A DNA stretch of 64,000 bases from Neocallimastix sp. 'constans' (taxonomy: Eukaryota). Positions within the stretch are counted from its first letter, which is position 1. Each line of letters begins with the position of its first letter. The DNA is taken from the NCBI GenBank assembly GCA_050613775.1, contig JBODTK010000153.1:186001-250000 (forward strand), given 5' to 3'. Below the pieces are notes generated by a model that worked only from the letters and a program-made list of their open reading frames with translations, did no database searches and was not told the origin of the DNA. The translations under genes were made by a program, and so were the position numbers. This document shows, in pieces, positions 13,301-24,118 of the stretch.

Positions 13301-14640
13301 ATACAGAATGAACAAATAATACTAATTGTGCTAGAATAATATAAATTATTCTAACCTTATAGATTATTCTATTCTATATAATTGGAACTTTCCAATATTC
13401 TTCAAATATTACTAAATAGAAATCTTAAGTTAATAAATCACCAATTAAAATATAATTCCTTTTTGAATTATTGATCCGATTCCATTATAAAGTATTAAAA
13501 ATCTTTAGCCAAGAATATTGTCCTTGCCCACTTAATATATTAATATTATATTTCTTTTGTAATATGTTATATTGAAAATAATCAAATCTATTTAATTAGT
13601 TATTAAAATTTTCGTTATCAATTTAAATTTATTTTTAATTACTAAATTTAACTAAACCACAATTAAAATATTCTGTATAATTTCTTTATTTTTATTTTAT
13701 ATATATTAATATTAAACTATTATTAAATAATTAATAATTCAATAATATAATACTAATATTTATAACAATAATATTATTAACTAAAATAATAATTCAATTT
13801 CAATTTAAATGTTTTATTTATTAAAATAATTAGTAATTAGTTTATTAAGAAATAGTTAGGCTTTACAAATTTTAAATTGATAAAAAAATATAAATACATG
13901 TAATTTTTAGTGAAATAAAATATAATCAATAACTTACTTTTATTAAATAAATAATTATATCATTATTTTTCTTTTATAAATTTAAATAAATAAATAATGA
14001 TTTTAAAACAAATTATTTTTTTTTTATTGTAATTTAATTATTTGTGTTAATTATTATTATATTCCTAAAACTATATGAACCATACCAATTTGATAAATAA
14101 CAAAATTATTAAATTAAAATAAATAATAAAGAACAAATTCTTGTCTAACTTAACCCAAAAATTAATCCATTCTAAAAAAAATTAAATCCATATTAAAGAA
14201 AATTTAATTAAATAAAATAATTAAAATAAAATAATAATAAATTAATTAATCATTAATAATTTTAATTGAAAACTAAAATAAATTAATAAATAATATTTTT
14301 CTAAAACTACAAATAAACAAAATAATAAACAAATTTAATAAATTATAAATAACAAATAAACAAACTTATAAACATCTCAAAATTAAAATTAAATAATTAA
14401 ATAATTTTTAAGTTACTTTTATTTAAAATAATGATTATTTTATTTATTTTATAACTCAACTTTTATAAACAAATTGTAATTAAAATAACATTTTAAAACT
14501 CATCTTTATTAATATTTTAATTGTAAATATTGTTTAATTTAATAATAAATTATTCTTTATATCTCTTTTATTAATTTTATTATTTTTAATGTAAATAGTT
14601 TAAAATCAAAGAAAAATATAAAAACATGTAAATATTTCTT

Positions 14641-14878
14641 ATTAATTATTTAATAAATTATTATAGATATTTTATTATTTTTAATAATCAAAAAGTATGA
14701 TTATTAATTATTTAATAAATTATTATAGATATTTTATTAGTTTTAATAATCAAAAAGTATGATTATTAATTATTTAATAAATTATTATAGATATTTTATT
14801 AGTTTTAATAATCAAAAAGTATGATTATTAATTATTTAATAAATTATTATATATATTTTATTAGTTATTAATAATCAA
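14641..14878 (+). repeat. 62-bp tandem repeat, ~3.8 copies
   Basis: Units start at 14641, 14703, 14765 and 14827 (ATTAATTATTTAATAAATTATTATAGATAT...CAAAAAGTATGATT). Confidence 0.9.
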
Positions 14879-15911
14879 TTTTATTATTAAAATTTAAAAT
14901 AAATTTGTATAAATAATAAATATTTCATTTTATTATTTGTAAAATAAAATAATAGCTTAAGTCGGCGAGGACAGACTATAATTTATTTTACACTATTTTA
15001 TTTTATCAACACTATAATTAATTATTAAATAAAACACTAAAACTAAAAAACTAATTTAATTTTTTGTTTTATAAAAAAAATCCTTTTATTAATATTTCTT
15101 ATTTGTTGAATTTAACTATTCTAAAATCAACAATCACTTAACTGGGTACCGTAGGGTCCTTTACCGGAAAGCCTACTAGCAGTTAAGATTTTAAAATAAA
15201 ATTTAAAATAAAATTTGTTTTATAAAAGATAACTATTCTAATAATAGTTATAATACTAATTAATAAAATATAAAATTTGTACTATCTATCTTATCTATAA
15301 TATTTCCTATACTATTCTATTTTCTAACTAAACTATACTATTTTCTATACTATTTTCCAACTATCGTTCAATAGTTGAAAATTAACTCTTTTTATACTTT
15401 TTGAAAATTAAAATTTAAATTGAATAGATTGTAATAAACTAACTAAAATATTATTATATATTTGTAATTACATTTAATAATAAATTACATGAAATGTTAT
15501 GAATTATTTTAATATAAAAACTATTTAAAACTATCTAATATTTCTAAAAATAAATAAACAAAACGGCAAGTTTTTGTAAACAAACGGAAAAGGCAATTTT
15601 TCTTTGATTATTTTAATTTAACTAATTTATGACTAATTATTTTTAATTTACAAGTTTCATGACTAATTATTTTTAATTTACAAGTTTCATGATTCAAAGT
15701 GAGTAATAATGATGTAAATTCTCCAAATAATTTAGTCATACATTTTTGAGAAAATTAATTAAATTAATAATTTGGAATACATTTAAATTTATATTAAAAA
15801 TTTGGAAAACATTTTTATCCACAATAATTTACATTACATTACATTTAAATACGTATTCAAATTATTAAATATTTTACATGCCCCTCTGTTTAAGTCGAGC
15901 CCCTGAGCGAC

Positions 15912-18900
15912 TTATAATCTAGAAGGAACTCTATTTGTTTTATTGAACTCTTGAACTAATTGAGGATCAGTGATTTCATCTTCAGACAACCAAGTACATT
16001 CAGTAGCTGGAAGTCCTTTCCATAACATAAAGTAAAAAGGTTTATTGTTAACAACTTTAGCGGCAACAATCTTCAAAGGTTCCTTTCCTTCAGTATCAGT
16101 AGCGATCGAAGTAATTCGAGTATTAGTACTTGCACTTGATTCATTAAATTCTCTTTCATTGTAAGGTTCTAGATTTGAAATATGGAAAACATTATGGCAT
16201 TTAATAGTATCAGGTAATTCTAATTTATAAGAAACAGGGCCTGTTTTTTCAATAATTTTAAAAGGACCGAGTTTTCTGTTAGTCAATTTAGAAGGACCTT
16301 TTGGAAGTAAGTCTGGACGCTTTAACCAAACTTTATCACCTACTTTTAATTTTGGTCCTACAATTCTTAAGTGATCTGCATATCTCTTATATCTTTCCTT
16401 AGCTTTATCTAAATTTTTCTTGAGGAATTGCATGTTTTTCCTTATTTGTTCAACATGGTCAATGGTACTTGTTCTTCTGCTATCAGCAGGTATAACTGGA
16501 TTGAATTTTGGATAAAAACCATAATTTGAGAAGAATGGTGTCTGATTAGTCGATTGTTGTAATGTGTTATTATATGCGAATTCAGCATAAGGAAGAATGT
16601 CCATCCAGTTATTTTTTCTTTTGTTAATATAGCACCTTAAAAATTGTTCTAATATACCATTAACTCGTTCAGTTTGACCATCTGTTTGAGGGTGATGTGC
16701 TGTTGACAAATTTTGACGAATATCTAATAAACTACAAAGTCTTTGCCAGAATTCGGAGGTGAATTGAGATCCTCTATCGGAAGTAATATCTTCTGGTAAT
16801 CCGTGTAAACGAAAAACTTCTCTAAAAAATACATCAGCAGCGATTTGAGTGGTAGGTATACTCCTAAATGGAATAAAGTGAGCCATCTTTGTTAATCTAT
16901 CAACTACGACCATTATAACTGTTTTGTCTCTTGACTTAGGTAAATCAGTTATAAAATCCATTGAGACTGAGGACCATGGTCTTTTTGGAGTAGGAAGAGG
17001 TTGAAGTAATCCATAAGGACGGTGGCGATCATCTTTTACTTGAGCACATGTTTTGCATGATGCGATATACTTAACAATATCGGAAGTCATCTTAAACCAA
17101 ACAAAATTTCTACTTATAATTTCTTTGGTTTTGAGAATACCAAAATGACCTTGAACTGGATTATCATGATGAATAGCAATGATAATATTTCTCATCTTCT
17201 TTGGAACGAAAATTAAACCCTTATATAATAATAAACCTTCTTCGTCAATAGTAAAGTCTTTCATTTTATTTTTATATTTATTATTAGAAGTAGATTCTCC
17301 TTTTTTGATCTTGATTAATTCTTGTATGACTTCATCATCTTTAATTTCTTTTATCAATTCATCTTTTAAGTTCCCTTGAATTGCAACTAAACATAAATCT
17401 TCTGTAGCTTCTTGTATTGTAAGACAAGCTGAAGTTTCTTTTTCATCATCTATTTCTTGATTTTCATAATCTGGTCTTCTCGAAAAAGCATCTGGTTTTC
17501 CACCTTCTTTTCCTGGTCTATATTGTATTTTGTAATCAAATCGAGATAAGAATAAGTTCCATCTTATTTGACGTTGAGATAACAACTCAGGTTTACGTGG
17601 AAAAGTTAAATTTTTATGATCGGTATAAATTGTAAATTGATGCTTAGCCCCTTCTAAGTAATGTCTCCATTCTTGTAACGCACACTTGACAGCTAATAAT
17701 TCCTTGTCATATATTGGATAATTCTTTTCAGATTTTGTTAAACCTCTTGAATAATAACAAATTGGATGTAATGCGTTTGTATATTTTTGTCTTTGAGATA
17801 ACACAGCACCGATTGCAAAATTACTTGCATCTGTCTCTACTATAAACGGTAAATCCGGATCTGCATGAACAAGTATTGGCTCTTTTGTAAAGAGTTTCTT
17901 TAAAGTTTCGAATGCGGCAGAACATTCCTCAGTCCATTCATATTTAACATCTTTTCTTGTTAAGTTGTGTAACGGCTTAGCAATTTTAGCAAAGTTTGGG
18001 ATGAATCTTCGGTAGTAGTTGCATAAACCTATAAATGATTGTACTTCTTTGACTGTAGTTGGTATTGGCCATTCTAAGATAGACTTAACTTTATCCGGAT
18101 CCATGGAAATTCCTTGATTGGATATTACGTGCCCCAAGAATGTTGTTTTCTGGACTTCAAATTCACACTTACTTAATTTTGCATAAAGACCACTTTCTTG
18201 TAATTTCTTAAGTATTTTCTTAACATGTGTACGGTGTTCTTCTAATGTCTCAGAATAAATAAGTATATCATCGATATAGGCAAAAGCAAATTCATCTAAG
18301 TATTCTCCTAAAACGTCATTAATAAAGTGTTGGAAAGTTGCTGGAGCATTCTTCAAACCAAATGGCATAACAAGATATTCGAAATGACCATATCTTGTTC
18401 GAAATGCTGTTTTATATTCATCACCTTCACGTATTCTTACCAGGTTATAAGCTGATTTTAAATCTAACTTAGTAAAATACTTAGCTTCTCTCAATCTGTC
18501 AAAAAGCTCGGTGATTAAAGGGAGTGGATAGGAGTCCCTTATAGTATTTTCATTAAGTCTTCGATAATCGACACAGAGTCTTAAACTTCCATCCTTTTTT
18601 CTAACGAATAAAATTGGAGCACCAGCAGGAGATGTTGAAGGTCTAATGAAGCCTTTTTCTAAATTTTCTTTGATATATTCTTTTAAAGCTTCACGTTCTT
18701 CTTCCGTTAATGGATATAATGGTCCATAAAATAAGTCTACATCATCCTTTAATCTAATTTTACAGTCGTATGGACGGTGTGGTGGTAATTCGTTACACTC
18801 TTGTTCATCAAACACATTTTTGAATTTCTCATATTGTTTTGGTATTCTTTCCAAACTTTTATTTTCTTTAACACTTTCATTATTATAATCACATTTAATA

Positions 18901-20480
18901 ACACTTTTATCTTTATTTTCATTTTTTAAAACATAACAGAAAGCATAATTTTCAAATTTTCCTTTATTTAATTCTTTTCTTTTAATACATTTTTCTTTTT
19001 TAACTAAGGCTTTTTTCATAATAGCCTTTATATTACGTGATTTTTTACTACATAATTTATTTTTATTATCGACTAATTTTTTAACATCATTATTATCTAA
19101 ACTATCTAATACATTATTATAATTATTAATAATTTCTCTAGCTAATTGTATCTTACTTCGGCGGATTTCATCTTTTTTCTTCTTTTCTTCAGTTGTTCTT
19201 CTCATAATATCTTCAGCGGTGGCACAACAATTTCTCTTGCAGTATTGGGAACTGAATCTGATATTACCTTTATCAAATTCAATTGTTGGGCAATGCTTCT
19301 TCAACCATGGATTTCCTAAAATAACCGAAATTCCTTTTGGTAAACTATAAATGTAAAATTGAATGGTTTCGATATGTTGACCCATGACCATAGTTAATGG
19401 AATGGTTTCATAACGAATTGTTCCATTTCCGTTAAATCCGATAACGTTTTTCTCATGGCGGATTCGTTGTACTGGGATCTGGTATTTATCGGCGGTAGCT
19501 CTATCCATAATATTAAGATCTGAGCCAGTATCTAGAATTGCGGACATAATAAAACCATTTTTGTACTTAAAAACAACATTGTAAGTGTGAGCTAAACTTT
19601 TCTCGCTCAATTTAATCTGTAAGATCTTTTCTCTTCTTCTAATTTTGTCCTGTTGCTTGGGACAGTTTTCCTTTAAGTGACTTGTGCTCTTACATATAAA
19701 ACACTTCTTCGGTTTGTTTGACCTCTTTGGTGAAGAATCCCTGTAATTTTGGCTACTTCGGTAATTATTTTGGTAACGACTTGATCCTAAGTCCCTACGA
19801 AAAGGTCTAATTCTTCTTTGATCTATATCCATTGGGTCATTTCCATTAACACGACGATCTTCTTCAGCATTAGCAGCTACAACATTAATTAGTTCATTAA
19901 TTCTTCTAATTCTAGGATAAATTAGTTTGGTTCTTTCTTTTTCTCTTGTTGGTAAACCCTCAATGAAAAAATGGATTTTAGCTTCGTCATTAAATGATGA
20001 ATCTCTGGCTATTTTCTCGAACTGATTGCAGTATTCGGCTATTGTTCTAAATTGTTGGCTACGTATCTTGGTAAGTCGACTGTTCGCGACATCTGAACTC
20101 GCACAGGATTTGTAACGTTGTTGCAAAGCGTCAATAAAATTCTCGTAATTTTCCAATAGTGGACTTTCTTCTTTAACTAGATCAGCAAACCATTCAGCAG
20201 CGTTTCCCTCCAAATAACTACTTATGATATCAATCTTGAATTCGTCATCAGCAGCAGCTTCTTCGTCTAAATTGTACTTAAAATATCGGTTGATTTGACC
20301 AAGGAAGGCTGGTAGTTCGTTTCTTCTTCCGGAGAATGCTTTTGGTTTCGGAATGAGGCGTGCCCTGGTATTGACGTTATTACCAACCTCATTTTCTATT
20401 TCCATGGAGCTGGCTTCAGAGGCTGCGTCAAAGTCTCCCCTAGCTCCTGGATGTTGATTGTTGATATTTATGTAATTCAT
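15912..20480 (-). CDS. gag-pol: Gag-Pol polyprotein (gag, CCHC, protease, RT, RNase H, integrase, chromodomain-like C-terminus)
   Basis: PKPKAFSG, CFICKSTSHLKENC, ILDTGS, LRLCVDYR, AYIDDILIY, VETDAS, SMDFITDLP, QTDGQTER, YFMLWKGLPATECTWL; first ATG taken as the start (MNYIN). Confidence 0.95.
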   Translation of the reverse strand: MNYININNQHPGARGDFDAASEASSMEIENEVGNNVNTRARLIPKPKAFSGRRNELPAFLGQINRYFKYNLDEEAAADDEFKIDIISSYLEGNAAEWFADLVKEESPLLENYENFIDALQQRYKSCASSDVANSRLTKIRSQQFRTIAEYCNQFEKIARDSSFNDEAKIHFFIEGLPTREKERTKLIYPRIRRINELINVVAANAEEDRRVNGNDPMDIDQRRIRPFRRDLGSSRYQNNYRSSQNYRDSSPKRSNKPKKCFICKSTSHLKENCPKQQDKIRRREKILQIKLSEKSLAHTYNVVFKYKNGFIMSAILDTGSDLNIMDRATADKYQIPVQRIRHEKNVIGFNGNGTIRYETIPLTMVMGQHIETIQFYIYSLPKGISVILGNPWLKKHCPTIEFDKGNIRFSSQYCKRNCCATAEDIMRRTTEEKKKKDEIRRSKIQLAREIINNYNNVLDSLDNNDVKKLVDNKNKLCSKKSRNIKAIMKKALVKKEKCIKRKELNKGKFENYAFCYVLKNENKDKSVIKCDYNNESVKENKSLERIPKQYEKFKNVFDEQECNELPPHRPYDCKIRLKDDVDLFYGPLYPLTEEEREALKEYIKENLEKGFIRPSTSPAGAPILFVRKKDGSLRLCVDYRRLNENTIRDSYPLPLITELFDRLREAKYFTKLDLKSAYNLVRIREGDEYKTAFRTRYGHFEYLVMPFGLKNAPATFQHFINDVLGEYLDEFAFAYIDDILIYSETLEEHRTHVKKILKKLQESGLYAKLSKCEFEVQKTTFLGHVISNQGISMDPDKVKSILEWPIPTTVKEVQSFIGLCNYYRRFIPNFAKIAKPLHNLTRKDVKYEWTEECSAAFETLKKLFTKEPILVHADPDLPFIVETDASNFAIGAVLSQRQKYTNALHPICYYSRGLTKSEKNYPIYDKELLAVKCALQEWRHYLEGAKHQFTIYTDHKNLTFPRKPELLSQRQIRWNLFLSRFDYKIQYRPGKEGGKPDAFSRRPDYENQEIDDEKETSACLTIQEATEDLCLVAIQGNLKDELIKEIKDDEVIQELIKIKKGESTSNNKYKNKMKDFTIDEEGLLLYKGLIFVPKKMRNIIIAIHHDNPVQGHFGILKTKEIISRNFVWFKMTSDIVKYIASCKTCAQVKDDRHRPYGLLQPLPTPKRPWSSVSMDFITDLPKSRDKTVIMVVVDRLTKMAHFIPFRSIPTTQIAADVFFREVFRLHGLPEDITSDRGSQFTSEFWQRLCSLLDIRQNLSTAHHPQTDGQTERVNGILEQFLRCYINKRKNNWMDILPYAEFAYNNTLQQSTNQTPFFSNYGFYPKFNPVIPADSRRTSTIDHVEQIRKNMQFLKKNLDKAKERYKRYADHLRIVGPKLKVGDKVWLKRPDLLPKGPSKLTNRKLGPFKIIEKTGPVSYKLELPDTIKCHNVFHISNLEPYNEREFNESSASTNTRITSIATDTEGKEPLKIVAAKVVNNKPFYFMLWKGLPATECTWLSEDEITDPQLVQEFNKTNRVPSRL

Positions 20481-20625
20481 CTTATTATTATTATTTATTA
20501 AACTATAAATTAAACTATAAAGTATTACTAAATCCACTTTTTAATTATTATTTCAAAAAAAAAAAAAAAATTTTTATACTATTACTAGTCTATCCTACAC
20601 AAAGGTAAACTATACTAATCTAAGG

Positions 20626-20636
20626 AGTTGGAAAAT
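20626..20636 (-). promoter_or_regulatory. Self-priming-type PBS ATTTTCCAACT
   Basis: Abuts the 5' LTR; 11-nt perfect complement at 21051-21061 inside the LTR, ~30 nt downstream of a minus-strand TATAAAA (21089-21095). Confidence 0.8.
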
Positions 20637-21607
20637 TGTAAAATAAAATAATAGCTTAAGTCGGCGAGGACAGACTATAATTTATTTTACACTATTTTAT
20701 TTTATCAACACTATAATTAATTATTAAATAAAACACTAAAACTAAAAAACTAATTTAATTTTTTGTTTTATAAAAAAAATCCTTTTATTAATATTTCTTA
20801 TTTGTTGAATTTAACTATTCTAAAATCAACAATCACTTAACTGGGTACCGTAGGGTCCTTTACCGGAAAGCCTACTAGCAGTTAAGATTTTAAAATAAAA
20901 TTTAAAATAAAATTTGTTTTATAAAAGATAACTATTCTAATAATAGTTATAATACTAATTAATAAAATATAAAATTTGTACTATCTATCTTATCTATAAT
21001 ATTTCCTATACTATTCTATTTTCTAACTAAACTATACTATTTTCTATACTATTTTCCAACTATCGTTCAATAGTTGAAAATTAACTCTTTTTATACTTTT
21101 TGAAAATTAAAATTTAAATTGAATAGATTGTAATAAACTAACTAAAATATTATTAAATATTTGTAATTACATTTAATAATAAATTACATGAAATGTTATG
21201 AATTATTTTAATATAAAAACTATTTAAAACTATCTAATATTTCTAAAAATAAATAAACAAAACGGCAAGTTTTTGTAAACAAACGGAAAAGGCAATTTTT
21301 CTTTGATTATTTTAATTTAACTAATTTATGACTAATTATTTTTAATTTACAAGTTTCATGACTAATTATTTTTAATTTACAAGTTTCATGATTCAAAGTG
21401 AGTAATAATGATGTAAATTCTCCAAATAATTTAGTCATACATTTTTGAGAAAATTAATTAAATTAATAATTTGGAATACATTTAAATTTATATTAAAAAT
21501 TTGGAAAACATTTTTATCCACAATAATTTACATTACATTACATTTAAATACGTATTCAAATTATTAAATATTTTACATTATTTTATTAGTTTTAACAATT
21601 ATTTTAT

Positions 21608-21682
21608 GCCATGTTGGTCCAGTCGGTTAGGACGATACAGGTCACTGTAGAGGGCGGGGTTCGAATCCTCGGCATGGCACCA
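21608..21682 (+). pseudogene. tRNA(Asp/Glu)-like SINE head with A and B boxes, defective anticodon arm and encoded CCA
   Basis: Acceptor GCCATGT/GCATGGC, D arm GTCC-AGTCGGTTA-GGAC, T loop GGTTCGAATCC; the loop around GTC is too short for a canonical tRNA. Confidence 0.75.
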
Positions 21683-22055
21683 AATAATCGGATGAGGTTT
21701 CTATCCTGGGATATCATGAGACCACACGTGATGTCCATAAGGCTTTCCCTCAGATGATTATTTCACCCAACCCTGATACTACGCTTTGAATTGAAGCATA
21801 GACCTTGATGATTGTAAAATTTCCAATCGCCAATGATTACACCCACTAGGGAGGAGTTAATGGTTCCATTCTGATGCTCGTGGTCATTAGAGATATATGT
21901 AGGAACGTTAGGAATGCATCTCCGGGCAGTGTGTAACGACGATTGAGAGCGGCGAAGCTGATACAGTATGCCAATAACTCATCACCTTACAGTTAATTAA
22001 TAACTGTATGGCCATATGGGAGATGGGTACCCATATGTGCAAGTCTATGTTTTTT
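21608..22055 (+). mobile_element. tRNA-derived SINE, full-length copy
   Basis: tRNA-like head 21608-21682, ~370-bp GC-richer body, short T tail; TSD TAACAATTATTTTAT at 21593-21607 and 22056-22070; second copy at 27701-28107. Confidence 0.9.
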
Positions 22056-24085
22056 TAACAATTATTTTATTAATTTAAACAAAATTAATTATTAAATAAA
22101 TAAAGATTAATATTAAAATAAAAATAAATTTTTTTTAATAAAACATTTTTGTGTTTAATAATAAAACATATTTATTTTTTTTAAATTTCTTAAATCTATT
22201 TTATTCAGTATTTATCCTTTTATTCACTTCTACAAAATTTAATTTTTGTAGATTAAGAATATCAGGTATAAATCAAATTTTGATCCGGAATTAGCTTATT
22301 TACTTCAAATAAGCATATATAAAATGATAAAAAGAAAAAAAATATAAAATGGTTATAATAATGAAATTATTTAAAATTAAAATAGTTATAATAAAAAAAA
22401 AATTATTTATAATAAAATTATTTATAATAAAAATAATTATCTATAAATTGCTTTTAATAAATAAATACAGAAATATTTAATTCTGTATAAAATTAAATCG
22501 ATTGGCAATACTAACTATTATTTTTATTGTTTTCTCTAAAATAGATTATTATTTTCTGTATTCTTTTTACAATAATAAACTTTATGAGAATATGATATTA
22601 ATAATTTACAAGAATATTAAATTATATATTAATTGATAAATTAAAATATTATTAGAATAGATAGTTATTTTAAATATAAATAAATCATTAATAATTATAC
22701 AACTATATTTTAAAATAGATACTTTAGAATAGGTTAATTTTAAAATATATTAATATTAAAATAACATTCATAATAGAATAATATAAATAAATTTATAATT
22801 TATATTTTAATGATCAATTCAAGATTCATGTAAAAAATAACTATAAAAGGAAGAAATTTTCTTTCTTTTGAAAAAGGGATGACAATAAAATAAAATAAAA
22901 ATTTATAAAATACTTTTAAACTAATAAAAATTTATTTATTTAATATTGTGTTTTTAAAATATTGTGTGTGATCTGTGCCCATATCAATTTTAGGATTCGT
23001 TACAGTTAATATCAAACCTATTTTTCTTTAACGAATCAACTCCAATTAGAATGTCGAAAAGGTCATCTTTTTCAATTACTCTAAAATGATCTTGGAAAGT
23101 CTTGTCTCCTATAGTTACTTCTAGATCATATATTTCGGATTCAATCGTCGGGTTTGAACAAGCTTGAAAAATAGTTTCTGAGATTCTTCCCATGGCAGGT
23201 TTGTTTATATTATATTTTTCTAAAGCAAATCTTGTAATAGCATTAACACTAGCGCAAGTATCTAAAAATATCTCACAATTGGTATTTTCAACTTTTCCTT
23301 TTACTTTAATTATTTTAAATTTATTAACTATTGTCATTACATTATTAATAGCATTACTTTTAGGAGTAAGCTTCAAAGCTTTACTAAATGCTATTCTGAA
23401 TTTTGGGAATAGATCAAGTAAGTATCCTAATTTAGTAATAACTTCATTAGATGCAACTTCTTTTAATAGATCTTGTATTAAATAATCATCAAATTGTTCT
23501 ATTAATTTAATATGTTTTTTTTTAGATTCTTTGTTGTTACTTTACGAAGGTGGAGATTTCTTTGTATTTTCAATAATATCTTTAATTCTTTCTTCATGGT
23601 TGTTTCTTTTACTCGATCTAATATTCTTCTCAGCTATAATTGAAGGATCTAAGTACTCCAATTTTTCGGTTTGATTACTATTAAAGGTAGTTTTATTATT
23701 TTTATCTAAAGAAGTATTCTTATCTATGGTATTTGTAAACTTATTTTATTAATTTCATTATTTGGTATACCATTTTCAATATCATCTTTAATCATAATTA
23801 CATCTTCAATTGGTAAAGTATAAGTTTCCACATTTTGATTCTTTTGGTTATGCTCCTTTTTTCCTTAATCAAGACAAGCATCATATTTGTTGTTATGACT
23901 CATAACTACTGTTTGAATCGGCGTCGGATTATTCTTTAATGTATCATTGGATTTCTCTTAATTATAAGGAATGGATCTTACGTTTTTTTCTTTTTTTTTC
24001 TGACAGCTGGTGCAAGAACTTCAATTAGTTTATTAATACGTAAAGGTTGATAATTTGATATTGATTTATTATGGTTATTCATATT

Positions 24086-24118
<33 letters not shown>

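Larger units (their letters stand above)
14938..21577 (-). mobile_element. Gypsy E: intact chromovirus (Tf1/sushi-like)
   Basis: 941-bp LTRs at 14938-15878 and 20637-21577 (one mismatch seen); TSD TTATT at 14933-14937 and 21578-21582; PPT AGAGGGG next to the 3' LTR; single uninterrupted ORF. Confidence 0.97.
12702..23004. mobile_element. Non-coding insertion with TGTAACG...CGTTACA ends, hosting Gypsy E and a SINE
   Basis: TSD GTTAA at 12697-12701 and 23005-23009; removal rejoins Gypsy D as ..RFDIN-LVNDSLYY.. Confidence 0.85.

Noticed and set aside
14641..14878. CRISPR-like array
   Set aside because: Head-to-tail tandem units with no unique spacers, eukaryotic context and no cas genes
21608..21682. 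Functional tRNA-Asp gene, or a bacterial tRNA acquired horizontally
   Set aside because: Anticodon arm is non-canonical and the sequence is the head of a TSD-flanked repeat with a second truncated copy
21683..22055. snoRNA or ribozyme within the SINE body
   Set aside because: TGATGA and CTGA words occur, but I could not build a convincing C/D, hammerhead or HDV structure by eye; an Rfam scan is needed
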